DNA from: Camelus dromedarius
Taxonomy: Eukaryota
Length of the DNA: 64,000 bases
Assembly: GCF_036321535.1 (NCBI RefSeq)
Contig: NC_087469.1
Span: 8,618,001-8,682,000 of the forward strand
Reading direction: 5' to 3'
Both the position numbers and the translations under genes were made by a program. The notes beneath the pieces are model-generated. The model saw only the letters and a program-made list of their open reading frames with translations, did no database searches and had not been told where the DNA came from. Numbering within the stretch: position 1 is the stretch's first letter; each line of letters starts with the position of its first letter. Below, piece after piece: positions 23,161 to 35,931 of this stretch.

Positions 23161-25404
23161 GTGGATGAGTTTATTCTGAGCATAAGCCCTGATTTAGGAA
23201 AATGACTGAACTGAAGGAAGCATTCCATAAGCGTCGGCTGTCTCTACTGCTGATCACCCTCACAATTTCCCTGTCTGTCTTTGTGCCCCCATTTTCCTGG
23301 AGGGTGGGCTGGGGCAGGGTTGCGTGCAGCACAGAGGGAGGGCATTTATTGCCTGTTCTTTGCGGCCCCTCCCCTCTCTTCCGGGAGTCTGGCTGGCCAA
23401 GCGGGAACATCTTGCAGGCACGTGACAGCCTCTTGCGGCTGAGCTGCGATGCGTAAAGGGATTTACGGTTGTAGAGCCGCATCTCACTCTGGATCATGTC
23501 CGGGAGTGAATCCCCACTCCCTGCTCACAGCTGTGCACTAGCAGGCTGGCCCTGCAGAGGGGAAATGCTAGCTCCCCTCGCCCTTGGGCTCCAGGTCCCA
23601 CTGGCCATTCTGAGCCACCCCTCCCCATGCCACAGGATCCCCTTTGCTCCTTGCTCTCTTTTCTCACCCCTCAGGGGAGGGAGGAGGGGTGGTCTGAGCC
23701 ACCACATCAGGCAGTGACAATTAAACCCATTCAGAGCCGAGTCATTTGCATGCAACTCCTCGCCAGGCAGAGAACACTCAACCTGTCATTATCTCCTGGC
23801 ATTGCTAGTGACTGTGCCATGTGGCTGCGGAGATGGCGGCTTCCCTTCCCTGGTACTGCCAGCCCCGGAGAGGCGATTGACGAAGGGCCATGGACTTTTC
23901 CTCCTGCCCTAGCTGGCCTCTGAAGGAGGCCCCGGGGGGCTAGGGCTGGGGGAGGAGGTGAAGTGGTGATGGGGTGATAGGACCCTATGGACCCAGAGTG
24001 TGGGCACTGGGGAGGGTCTCTGGAGGACATTGCAGGAGGACAGAGGGAGGGCAGGAATCATCGGAGGGTAGTTCCCACCTCCTCAGCTGGAATTTATTGA
24101 ACGAGATTATCCCTCGAAAATCATTAAAAGCCACAATTTTGCTGTATACCCACAGAGCGGGCTCCGTGGCAGCTGTTCCCCTCTCCCACCCACACCCACT
24201 AATTCTCCCCTCTGTCCCTCCCCCACCTCCAGCTCTAAATAAACCACAGTAAGATCCAAATGCTACGATGCCTAGTTGTGCTGGTCCAGCATTTCTGGTC
24301 TCAGGAAAAGAGAGACAAAAAAGACCTAAAGGCTGAGAATCTTATATTGATTCCCCAACCCTGCATCCTAAACCCAGCATGAAACCAGCCTATCATGAAA
24401 CCAGGGTCCCAAGGCCATAATCCCAGGGCTGGCAAGAGGGAGGGGGCAGAAACACTTCAGCAGGGAGCCTACTTTAACCCTCTGAGGCCAAGCTGAGGCC
24501 CCCAAGGTCAGGACGAGCTTATACTGAGTTAGAGTAGGTGGTAGGGTTTGGAAAGATCCAGAACCACCACACCATCCAAAATGCTGCTCAGCATCCACTA
24601 TGATCTGAAATTCCACTATTCATGTTTTATTCCTTTCACTTAAACATTTGATCCTGGTTTAAATGCAAATACCCCCGAGAGAGGCAACACTATAAAATGT
24701 GTTCGGTTATTTACTCTGTAGAATAAATTTCTCCAGCCTTTGCTGAGAATAAGCACTGACTATAAAGGAAGGGAGAGGGACATGAGAGTCTCACACCCTT
24801 GAATGGGTGGGTGCAGCTTTCACCAGTAGGAGGGAAAATGAAGAGTGAGGAATCTGTGTTGGGAAGCCCGGCTTTCCTCGTGTTTTTTTTCCCAGAGCCA
24901 GTTCTGATTAATCGGTTTCTGGGATGAAGAGATCTGGGCACGCTGTGGTCCAGGGCAACCCAGCGGAGTGTCCTCTCTCTGAATTAGGTCTCCCAGAACA
25001 GCAGGGACCTGTATTCAATCCCCAGACAGACAGGAGCTGGAAGGATTACCTTTCAGTCTCACTGCATTTCCTGCTGCTGTGATGAGGCCACATGCCCACC
25101 AGGCCCAAGCTCATTTCTCTTTTAAAGGCATAAATTTATCAGAAGAGCAACTGCATTTCCTACCTCTGTTCCCACCTCAGAATTAGCAACTCTAGCTGGG
25201 AATGCCTAGAGGGGCTGCCTTTTGGTGAGCTCGAAAAACAGGAACTTCAATTTGTCAGGTAGGTACAAGCCTCTACTTTGTGCCTCCAGATAAAGGGAGA
25301 TGGTTAATCTGGTGCTGGACAAGAGTGGTCCCTTTGCTCCACATCAGGACCTGGGCATAGGAGCCTGGTGTCTTGGCACATGTGTGTCTGTCTGTTCTCC
25401 CCCT

Positions 25405-25503
25405 GCCTGTGACTTCTTGAAGGTAGGGTCCCTCTCTTTTGACTCTGCAGCACTCAGCACAAGCCTAGGCACACAGCTGGTGCTCAATAAGTGCTAATTG
25501 ACT
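25405..25503 (+). mobile_element. L2 tail fragment
   Basis: ctgtgacttcttgaaggtaggg...gcctaggcacacagctggtgctcaataagtgc. Confidence 0.75.
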
Positions 25504-25809
25504 GTTTGCCAGTCCCTGCCCTTGAGTAACGCAGAGTCTTCAGAAAGGCAAGTACCTCACACACAGCTAAGATTCAGAGAGCAGCACGGCCCCACAGGAG
25601 AGGGAGAAGACAGAGTCTACTGACCTGGCTGTGGAGGAGAGTCAGAACCTTCTAGCTCGTGGCCTGGGAATTCTCAGTGTGCTGCAACGCTCACCCTAAA
25701 ACTGCCACTAAACTTGGTCCTAATCTTGTCCATCTGTGGTGCCCCTTTCCTGAATCACAGGCCACTCACATGGCTTCCAAGCTGAAGGAAACCCACATGT
25801 AAGTACCAT

Positions 25810-26032
25810 GGTGGCTGAGCACCATGCTCAGGCATATTTGAACCTTTGCTCTGTCACTTGCTGTGTGACTGTGGGCAAGTGAACCTCTCTGGGCCTCGGT
25901 TTCGTCATCTGTAAAATGGTGATAGAGAGCCACCTGTGTCAGAGCTTGCTGTGAAAATTAAATGAGACAGAGGACATAAGTCCCTTAGCACAGCCAGATG
26001 CATAGTGAGCACTCAATAAATGTTAGCTACTT
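25810..26032 (+). mobile_element. MIR SINE, near full length
   Basis: ctgtgtgactgtgggcaagtgaacctctctgggcctcggtttcgtcatctgtaaaatgg...attaaatgaga...cactcaataaatgttagcta. Confidence 0.9.
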
Positions 26033-26280
26033 AATTTCATCGTTTCCTAAAGCATAAGGCTAAAGTCATAAGGGTAGTGCAGCAGAATCCATCCCGAAGG
26101 AAGATTTTTGCATTCAAAGAAGTCAGGTCAACTCCTCTCTTCCAGCAAGGTGCAACAGCAGTGTCGTCCAGGACAAAGAGGGCTACTCTAAGACATGTCA
26201 AACCTTTCGATAGAAACAGAAACACTTAGGCAATTTCCCGAATGATCCTGAAGATGACAGCATTTGTAGGAAGGTCAAAT

Positions 26281-26333
26281 ACTATTATCATTACTATTAC
26301 TATTACTGTTACTATTACTATTGCTATTACTAC
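26281..26333. repeat. Degenerate (TAT/TAC)n low-complexity repeat at a MIR tail
   Basis: actattatcattactattactattactgttactattactattgctattactac. Confidence 0.85.
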
Positions 26334-26339
26334 CAAGAG

Positions 26340-26560
26340 CAGTTCTAATTTACTGAGCATCTACCATATGTCAGGGATTGTGCCAAATACTTGATTTATA
26401 ATCCTCAAAATGACATTTCAAGGAAGGCATTCTTATCCCCATTTAATTGGTGAGAAAGCTCTGTTGGGCAGGGGCCATGGCTGGGCACTGGCAGAGCACT
26501 GGCAGAGCTGGTATTCGAACCCAAGCCTGTCTGACTCCAAGCCCAGATCTTTCTTCTAAG
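26340..26560 (-). mobile_element. MIR SINE
   Basis: atttactgagcatctaccatatgtcagg...ttatccccattt...ggcagagctggtattcgaacccaagcctgtctgactcc. Confidence 0.85.
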
Positions 26561-28084
26561 TAGACTGCCTTCCACGCCCTGGTATCACTAGAGCGCAAGA
26601 TCCTTGCAGGTAATGCACGCGTCTCATTCATTTTCAGGAGCCCTGCATGCTTGCGCCATGTCTGGCCCGTGGCAGGTGTTTAGTACCTGACAAAGAATTG
26701 AACATTTGGCGGCATAAACTATTTTATGTACCAGGGGATGGAGGGGTGCCGTGTCTTCAAAGTGGTCCAACATAGCTACAGCTCCCCAACCATCGTGAGA
26801 GGACAAACTGCACGACCGTGATTCTGGAGGTAATTCTGTGAACTTGGCCTCTTAATGTATTTGGCTGCTGAGCAGAGATCTACCCGCCTCCCTGTATCCC
26901 CTATCCCTCCCTCTCCACCAAGGCCCGTGTTAAATTGCAACAAACAACAGAGGCCCCCACCTTGGAGGGCCCTGCTCATGAATAATGAACCTGCACCCGC
27001 TCCCTTCTTTTGAAGGAATTCTCTCTTGGCGGTGGGGCTGTGTGGCAAGGCGGCTGCCTCATTATTGCAGTTGTTTATTTATTCATGCTCGAATCCGCGG
27101 GGGGTGGTGCAAGCCCGTTCATGGACATCTTTTCCCTCATTGAATCCTGCTCTCCACCCACCTCTCCTTCCACCTTTAGCTTCTCTCCAAGGGCTCCAGT
27201 GGAGGATGAGGTGGGGAGTGAAGTAGCTTGATTGTCCTGGGAGCCCAGGATGGAGGCGCCAGAGACGGAAATGGAAGGAGATCTCTTCCCATGCCAGTCT
27301 GCCTGCCCTGCCTCCCTGGCAATGAGGCCTGTCTGGGATCCAGGGCTCCCTGCCATGGGGACTCGAGGCAGGTGCTCTGGGGACCGCCATTGCCTAGTCT
27401 GTGGCACAGGCTGTCTGTTGGCTGTGGGTCTCAGTGGGGACCTCATCAGGGGGGCTCTTACTGATGGGGACCATGGCAGCTGAAGGGCCTCCTCTTCCTT
27501 CGGCTTCGGCTCCGCCTCCCTCCACCATCCCGGGTTTTAGATCAGCATGACCCTCCTCCTTGCCTGTATACCCTCTACCCCCACCCCACTGCAGGGCTGG
27601 TCTGACATACATTTCCTAGGGACATTAATTAGGCCGGGAAAGATGGGGCTGACCACATCTTCATCTCCCGGAGCTCAACTCAGGCCTCCCACATTGTGGT
27701 ACCAATCCCGCATCACCAGCTCAGAAAGCTTCCCTCTGCAGCAAGCACAGCTTCTCTCACCACGCACGGAGTCACATGAAACCCGGCACAGCCCAGAATG
27801 CAAAGACGAGGCGGAATGGAAAAGCACTTAAGCAGAGGCTCTCAGCCAACTTTCATTTACTCTGCCACCTGGCTTCTTTTAGTCCTGGGCACATGGAGTC
27901 TGTCTTTGTTGGACTAGATTTCTGCGTTAGGTCAGGGTAGCCTGCAGTGGGAGGAGGCAGGTGCTTGGGGAGGGAGTGTTGGACAAATGGTGGGGAGGCT
28001 GGGGTGATGGGGAGAGGTGAGAGGGTGGGAGGGAGGTTCTGGCCTTGGTTCAAGCTGTCTGAGTGAGGACCTCCTGTCCCAGGA

Positions 28085-28320
28085 AGCACTGCGATGGGCT
28101 GGAACCAGGCAGACCTGGATTTGAACCCTGGCATGGGTTCTTTCTCACTGTGCTACCAGGGGCGGGGCAGTCACTTGATCTCCTTGAGTCTTGGTTTCCC
28201 CATCTGTCCATGGGGCCAACCCTGACCTCCTTGTGGGCACTTGGAAGGTTCAGATGCTGTGTGTGCACAACACCTGGCTCAGGGCCTGGTAAGTGCTCAC
28301 AAAACAGCAATAGTTTATTA
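28085..28320 (+). mobile_element. MIR SINE
   Basis: gacctggatttgaaccctggc...cttggtttccccatctgt...gtaagtgctcac. Confidence 0.75.
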
Positions 28321-28802
28321 TCCTTTCCACTCTGCAGTCTCCGTCTTCCCTTCTGTGTAATGTAAAGGCTCTTCTGTTGGGTGCGTGGGCAGCCATTCTT
28401 GGAGCGGTGACGACTCTCAGGTTTGTTAGGGGCTGGGGGCTCCCACCCTCAGGGTTCTTTCCTTCCCTCCTGAGATTTTCCTGTGAGTGAATTCTTAATT
28501 TGCCACGGATCCCATCCATTCCCCCGACCCCAACCCTGCTCTGGTTCCGTGGGTAATCAGTATGTCAGGCCCCCCCTTTCTCTACGTCTACAGGAGGTTT
28601 TAGGGATCTTATTTCTCTCCATGGCTTTTCATCTATCCCACCACTGCCACCCAAAGAGGGAGTCTGGACTCAGATTCTGATGTCTGTGTTCTTCAAATTT
28701 GCTAATCAGACCTCGGCTTCTTCCTCTGGGAGGGGCTTCCTGTGCAAGAGGGCTGCTGAGGGAGGGTGGAATTGGAAGGGAAATTGATTAGGGGAAGGGC
28801 CT

Positions 28803-28910
28803 TGACTCATTTAGTCAGGCAATAGGAACTTTCCACATGCCAGGCAGAGTGCTGAGTAGTGAGAAAGCAGAGACGACATAAATCATAGTCTTGCCCTCAG
28901 CAAGCTCACC
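28803..28910 (-). mobile_element. L2 tail fragment
   Basis: ctcatttagtcag...catgccaggcagagtgctgag...agtcttgccctcagcaagctcac. Confidence 0.7.
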
Positions 28911-29390
28911 ACTCCCTGGACCAAGTGGTATTCTGGGTGCCGGCTCACCTAGAAGTGGGGGTCTCTTTCATAAGGATGCCTGGGAGCTGACGGAGGGGAC
29001 AGGGCAGAACTGACTCTTTCCATTTGGCCATCCATGACTCCAGCGGCAAGTTCCCTGTTACCTTGTCTCCTGACCTCAGCACAAACTCTTGGTGCTGTGT
29101 GGCTGAGTCTATGCACCAGGGAGACTAGGCCAGAACATGCTTCAGAGGGAGGAAAAGGAGAGGCAGACAGGGTGGTGGCCCACTGACCCCGAGAGGGAAG
29201 TCAGCCTATTAGTCTCAGAAAAAAGGTGTGTACGTGTAGGTGCAGAACCAAAGTGACCCATCTGTGGCTCTGGTCTGGGTTTGTGCCATTCATGCTCCTA
29301 AGAAATCCTGGCCACCTGGGGACCACCATCCACAGCAGAGACTGGGGCCCCAGCAGGAAACAGAATTCAACTTGGATGGTTCAAAAGCAG

Positions 29391-29867
29391 CATAAATACA
29401 CACACACACACAATGGAATACAACTCAGCCATAAAAAGATGAAATATTGCCATCTGCAGCAACATAGATGGACCTAGAGATTATCATACTAACTGAAGTA
29501 AGTCAGACACAGGAAGACAAATACCACGTGATTATCACTTATATGTGGAATCTAAAAAATGATACAAATAAACTTATTTGCAAAACAGAAAGAGACTCAT
29601 AGACGTAGAAAACCAATTTATGGTTAACAAAAGGAAAAGGTGGAGGAGGGAGAAATTAGCAGATACAAACTACTATATATAAAATAGATAAACAACAAGG
29701 TCCTACTGTATAACACAAGGAACTACATTCAATATCTTGTAATAACCTATAATGAAAAATAATATAAAAAGAATACATATATATGTATAACTGAATCACT
29801 ATGCTGTACACCAGAAGCTAACACAACATTGTAAATCAAGTATACTTCAATAAAAATTTTTTTTTTT
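29391..29867 (+). mobile_element. 5'-truncated young L1 (3'UTR type as in 1-674) with 8-bp target-site duplication
   Basis: aatggaatacaactcagccataaaaag...gatggacctagagattatcatact...caagtatacttcaataaaaa; AAAAGCAG at both 29383-29390 and 29868-29875. Confidence 0.95.
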
Positions 29868-30669
29868 AAAAGCAGAGGCTTTAAGGAAGGGACTGGCTAC
29901 AGAGGTGTAGGCAAGGGGACTGGTGCACCGGAGACCTGCAGCCAGGCACGGGTGGATTCACAGCACCTCTGTGAAACTTGGGGCTCTAGGCAGCAGGTGG
30001 AGGGGGCCTGGCTGGAGCAAGCAGTCCCCACGCCTTGTTTTTGCTGAGAGAATAGATACTGGGTCATACCAGCTGTGGAGACCTTAGCAGGACAGGTGGT
30101 GCGGGAGGACTTCGCAGCAAGAGGGCAGTGAAGGACCCAGAGGAGTCTGTTCTGAATGCCACAGGGAAGGGTGCTTTCCCTGAGCCCAGCAGGCATCTTG
30201 GATAGAAGAGTCCAGGGGCTGGGTTAATAGGGGAGAAAGACTCCTGGTAACGAATGGGAACTTTGCAAAAGTATTTATTCATCAAGTCCCAACAGATTAT
30301 TTTAAATTGGTAGAGATTGCAGTCTCTTTAAGTGGCGAGTTTAAAACTGCCTCTCTCCACCTACATCAGAGGGAAGGCAGCTCCTGAGAAATGAACTCAG
30401 TCATGGAAGCTAAGAGGAGTCTCACCCTCATTGTGGTGTATGTATTTGGCCCATGACATGTGCTTTGAGACTTCCTGTGTAAAGGCACTGAGCCAAGACT
30501 GTGGGTGATGGCAGGGCGGATGAGACCTTGGGGGAAATCTGGGTGGGACACATGCATGAACAAATGAAAAGTTTAACAACAATGCGACTGTGGAATATAG
30601 CAATTCCACACTGGAGAGATGACATCAATACTTAAAGATTTAGTACGGTTAACACCACCTTGCAAATAG

Positions 30670-31438
30670 ATGTAACTTTTATTGAGTAATTTTTTCTGAT
30701 CGTAAAAATAAAGTATTCTTATTATAAAAAATTGAAACATAATAAAAAAAGAATTGAAACCTACAATCCAACTTTCTCTATTAATAGTTCAGTGGATTTC
30801 CTTAATATTATTTCAAACTTTTATATGTATATTTAAACACACATACACAACACATATCCACAGACACACATATTTCAGTACAGTTGCAGTGAAATTGTAC
30901 GCAGGTATATTTCCTGCTCATTTTACTTCACAATCAGCTGAGAACATTTTAATATCTTTAAACAGTCTTCATAAATCAGTACATATTGTGGCCATGGGAT
31001 AGTCCACTGTACCGAAGTACTGTGATGTATTTCAACAATCTCCTGCTGATATTTGGACTATTTCTGACTTTTTTACTATTAAAAATTTTTATCTGCATTT
31101 CTGTTTATTTCCTTAGGATAAATTCCTAGAAATGAAATTATTATTAGGTCTACAGGAAATATTGTTTTTGAGACTCTGATACATATTGCCATAAGTGTTG
31201 ATACATATCACTGTAAATATTGTATCAATTTTCACTATCATTAGCAGTTTGCCAAAGTGTCCTTCTCACCTTTGCCAGCATGGAGCATTATATATTTTAA
31301 AATCTGTGCCACATTGAAGGGGCAAAAATGGCAGCTTGCTTTAATTTGCATGTTTGACGACTAGTGAGGCTGATTTTTAAAATATATTTGTTTCAACTAT
31401 TTTTATTTCTTTTGTGACTCCCTATCACGTTCTCTGCT

Positions 31439-31472
<34 letters not shown>

Positions 31473-31615
31473 AGTGTTAGTGTTCCCTTAATGATCTGGA
31501 AGAGTACTATATTTAAAGGGTTTTTATTTTTACCCATTGCTATATTTGTTTCAAACACTTTTTTTTTTTTTGGCTTTTAGTTTGCTTCTTAACTTTATAT
31601 TCAGTATCTGTTGGA
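30670..31615 (-). mobile_element. Old L1M (L1ME-like) fragment with an expanded T31 tract (31441-31471)
   Basis: ttatttccttaggataaattcctagaaatg, tgatacatattgcc, gctttaatttgcatg, ctagtgaggctga; T-rich plus strand. Confidence 0.8.
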
Positions 31616-32469
31616 TGAAATGAAGTGGTAGGGGTAATGGTTAAGGGTCTGGAAGTTGGCTTTGCACTCTGGCTTCCCCCATGGCCGTAATGGGCCAGTG
31701 CAGAGAGAGTCTATGGACCTGAGCCAGTCCTCCTGTGCTCCTCAGAGCCTACCCTGCTGAACTTCCCTACACGAACCTCTGAGGGTACCCCAGCAGTCAC
31801 TCTTGACCTGAAAACCATCCCGTTCCCACCTCCCCAGGAAAGAGGAACAGACACCCAAGCAAACGTAGCAGAGCAACCTGTCCCTCCAACACCATCCGCA
31901 TCTGTGCTGCCCAGCTGTCCCCAGCCAAGGGCTTGGGGTGAGAAACTGTGGCTGGTTTCCATGGATTGTTTGGGAACATTCTTCATGCCAATAAGACACT
32001 CTTGACCACTCTGCTCCTTTCCCCTGGAGTCAACAGGGAATTCCCCTGCGCCCTTTTGTTGCTACAACAGTATTTTCTGGTCACACGTTTTTCCTCCCCC
32101 TCCCAGCTACACATTCCATGCACATGTCCCCGCCCCCTAGACCTTAGACGTTAGGTGTTAAGTGGGTGGTGGGGATTCTTACCTGGTTCTCTGACTATGG
32201 GACTGCTATGTCAACAGAAACCTTGTCAACCACCATTTCTAGTTAGTTTCTGGCGGGGGACCTCTTTCCTCCCCCACCCCAAATGAGGTGACGATGCATC
32301 AGTTAGCAGGAGCCAGGGCTGCTGGGGGCAGGCAGTGAGGACAGGCTCAGAATGAAGGGTTAACGGGGGGTGAGGTCTTCAACACGGACCTCCTGGAGGA
32401 GTCCACTGTGTACTTTGTCTCTCCTTTTCTGCTTTTCTTTTCCTACTTAAGCTATCTTGGGGCTTACTC

Positions 32470-32850
32470 CTTATTGGTATGCACAGAACCACCCCATTCT
32501 TTGTAACGGTTGCCCAGTATTCAATTACACACAGCTACCTCCATTTATTTAACCAGCTCTCTCTCTATTCCTGAGAATTGAAGTTGCTTCTAGGTTTCTG
32601 CGACTACAAGTAATAATGCCAAAAACCCAAACAAATTTGTCTGTAGATCTCCTTGCTCACGTGCTAATGGATATTTATAACTCTGTGCAGGGAACTGCTG
32701 GAGGTAGAATGACTGAGTCAAAGGGTACCCACATCCCCACCGTTTCTATCTCCCACCAAGTCACCCAGCCAGAGAGGTAATACCTGTTTACCCCGCCTCC
32801 CCAGCGGCAGCATAGAAGAGCACTTCTGCCCACACCAGCCAGCACAATTA
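32470..32850 (-). mobile_element. Old L1ME-like fragment
   Basis: ttgaagttgcttctaggttt, gaatgactgagtcaaagggtac, ctccccagcggcagcatagaagagc. Confidence 0.65.
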
Positions 32851-32864
32851 GAAACAGACAAAAC

Positions 32865-33225
32865 TCTCAACGTGGCTCATGAAGCCCCCCATGTCTTGCC
32901 CCAGCCTGCCTCTTCTCAGTCTCAGCAGGGTGACCCTTCTCCGCTCCCTCTTTTGCACACGCCATTCCCTTGCTCAGAATCCTCTCTGCCTTGTCCTACT
33001 TATCCTTCAGATCTCAGCCACGCACCACTTCTCTAGCAAGTTCTTGAACCCCTGAGCTCTCGGAGTGCGGTGCCCTCTACAGTGGTTTGATGGATTATTT
33101 GATAAATGTCTCTCAACTGGACTCTAAGCTCCAAGAGGGCAGGCACCAGGTCTGACCACCATGGTATTCCCAGGGCAACATGCAGACTCTGGTCTACAGA
33201 AAAACATAGTTATTTGATGACGGAA
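32865..33225 (+). mobile_element. L2 3' fragment
   Basis: atccttcagatctcagc...tgtctctcaactggactctaagctccaagagggcagg. Confidence 0.75.
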
Positions 33226-33409
33226 CAGGAGTCAAGCAAACTCAACATTTCCCTCTCCTACCTTCTCATCCTGTGCTCATTTTCCTAGTAAAAGCTCAGT
33301 AACCCCTCTAGCACCTTGGCAAGAAACGTATAGTTCCCTTCAACTCCATCTTTCTCTCCTCCCTCCATATCCAGCAGTTGTCAAATCACCTTACACAACT
33401 GTAGAAACT

Positions 33410-33740
33410 CCTCCTTCCTCTCTAGACCTTTGTTTATGTCTTTTCCTCCCCTGAAGTGCCCCCTCCTCCTTCCTTAAGACATACTGCATCTTCTCTAAGA
33501 AACTGCCAGCTCCCCCAGTCGAATTTAACCTCGCCCACAGCCCTATAATCCTTTCTGCAGGGCCTTTTCCTTGGCTGAATTTTGGAGTAGCCTATGGACT
33601 TTCATGTCCCTCCATTGGATGTGAGGTCTTGGGGAGCAGGGAGCCATCCTTGTGCATTTCCGAATGCCTCTCAGCCCCAGGCATAGCGCTTTCTACACAA
33701 TAGCTGTTCAATAAACTCTGGATAGAATCGAAACGAATGA
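33410..33740 (+). mobile_element. L2 3' fragment
   Basis: gatgtgaggtcttggggagcagggagcc...cacaatagctgttcaataaactctggatagaat. Confidence 0.6.
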
Positions 33741-34419
33741 TGCTTAAACAAAAAGAGCCGGTCTTGGCTTCTCGCACGTTTGGAGAGGATTTTCAGACAG
33801 AGCTCCCAGGCCAGGCTGAGAGCCTCTTCCCTCCTCCCCCCTCTCCCCAGCTCAGGCACGCCAAACCCCCTGGCTCGCCAACTTTCAAACTGCATTATCC
33901 CCATCCCAGAACTCAGGAAATATCATCAGACAAGGCAGATGTTTCCCATCAGTCTGGAAGGTTTCTATTTTCATTTTCCACATCAGCATCGTGCTATCAA
34001 TCTCTCCTCCAGCCTGCTTCCTTCTGTCTCTCCTCCCTCCCCCAACATCCCAACCACTAGCTCCTCTGTGGATCAATTCCTACATTGCAGATACAAAGGT
34101 AGTTTTGCCTGACAAATGAAGCTGCCCTTCCAGGAGGTAATAAAGAGATCAATACTGGTTACACTGGAATGCTCAGGAGTGACATCCCTGCCACTGCCCA
34201 CCACTAGAACCACACTGAGCAGCCCTCCCCGTTCCCTGCTCCCTCCTTCCGTACCCTTGGCACCTGCAGAAGCTCAGCGTGCCCAGGACCAAGCCAGCCT
34301 GTCTTGCCTCACTGAGAAGTCATTGGTTATCATCAGGAGGGGAGCATCCTTTGAGTACAGAGTCCCCTGGACCCTGTCAGCTGATGGCCTGAAGGGTGGG
34401 TGAAGAGCCTATGAAGAGG

Positions 34420-34600
34420 CAGTATAGGGTGGTGCTGAGAGAAGCAGCCTGGTGGGGTGAGGGGGGCAGAGAGCAGGCCAGAGTTCGAATCCCAGTTCTG
34501 CCACCTACTGGCTGTTTGACCTTGGGCAAATCACTTTCCATCTCTGATTTGGTCATAACGTCTACTGTGAGTCAAGGAGGTTAGACTAGATAACTTAGGG
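34420..34600 (+). mobile_element. MIR SINE
   Basis: gagttcgaatcccagttctgccacctactggctgtttgaccttgggcaaatcact. Confidence 0.85.
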
Positions 34601-34780
34601 TTCATGGATGGCTTTGAGGGTCCAAGTACCCCTGAAATTGTGTTCAAGTTTTGTATATATGCATATCTCTTTCTGGGTAGAGGGTCCATGTTCCCTATCA
34701 TACCCCACGACCATCCCCTCCCCTTTAAAATCAGATTCTTAAAGGGTTCCTTGACCATAGATGGTCATGTCAGCCCTAAC
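34600..34780. mobile_element. hAT-Charlie non-autonomous fossil (MER102/MER103-like; family uncertain)
   Basis: ggttcatggatggct...cccctgaaattgtg...tttctgggtagagggtccat...atcagattcttaaaggg. Confidence 0.55.
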
Positions 34781-35749
34781 GTTCTTTGATTCCAAAAAGG
34801 AGAAGGCATTCTTGCAGTGCTGCGGATGTTGCTGCGGACACATAGTAGGCACTTCAGAAAAAGACTCAATGACACTTTTGGAGTAATGGTAAAGAGATGG
34901 TTGGAGGCAGATGGGTAAATCTGGGAAGACTTCCTGGAAGAGGTGAATTTCTATAAGAAAGCAAAGTTCTCAGGTGAGGCAGAAATCTAAAAGGGAAAGG
35001 GAGCATTGAGAAATAATAGAGTGCTCTCTCCTCTTCCCTGTACTCAAAAAATACGATGTTTTGTTCGGGGGGGCCTCTAATTAGCTGAGGCAGCTCACAG
35101 TCCTCCACCAAGAACAAGAAATCAAAAAGTCAAACACCAGCTCATTAAATGCTCGGGGCTGGCTAGCTATTAAAAGAATTTCCATTTCGGAACAGGATGC
35201 CTACCAGGGAATGCCAGACCTAAATATAAGCCAGCCCCCTCCCTGCCAGGAGACTTCACCGTGTTAGGTAGGAGGGAGGGAGGACTGCGTGGAGATATGT
35301 CATTACTTTTAACATCCAAATATAACCCGCCCCAGGGGGTGTGGGACTAAGGCTGCTCTTCCCAGCTGCCTCCTGCCAGAGCCAGGGGAGGGTACCAGGG
35401 GAGGGTGGGAACAGGCCCTGCAGAGCACCGAGGTTTGGGCAGCAAGCAACTCCTCCTCCCCTCTTCCCTCCCCGCCACCCCTCCCCTTATACAAATACAA
35501 GGAGTCTGGAGGGAGGGTCACTGAGTTCTACTGGCTGCATCCTGATCTGGCTGCTGGGGTGGGCAGGGCTTTGGGGAAGTTTAGGGGCTCTCTGGATATT
35601 TATGATTACTTTTCCTGCATGCTTCCCTGGAATGAGCAGAGGGAAGGGGCTACAGGGAAGAAAAGACCCCCAAGATTTGTATGTCTCTGCATGTCTTTCC
35701 CAAAGAGCATGGTCCCCATTGGCACTTCTGCACCCACATGGATGGTTAT

Positions 35750-35885
35750 TCATCTGATGTCTGTCTTCTCCATAGACTGCAGCTCTTTGAGAACAAGGGC
35801 TGTGTGTCTGCTCACTTTTCCACCCCCAGCATCCAGTCCAGTGCCCAGTGTGGAGAGGCTCCTGGTGAGAGAATCAGCAGATGAT
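35750..35885 (+). mobile_element. L2 tail fragment
   Basis: tgtctgtcttctccatagactgcagctctttgagaacaaggg...cccagcatccagtccagtgcc. Confidence 0.75.
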
Positions 35886-35931
35886 ATGATAGTCTTGCCA
35901 ATACCCCTCACGTGGGTAGAGGACTTTATAC

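Noticed and set aside
31441-31471. T31 tract (also A20 at 19604-19623 and T24 at 44334-44357) as retroposon tails
   Set aside because: No SINE or retrocopy body and no TSD; T31 lies at a short T-run position inside an L1, consistent with slippage.
34483-34492. GTTCGAATCC, tRNA T-loop-like
   Set aside because: It is the B-box of a MIR; no cloverleaf forms, so it is not a tRNA gene.
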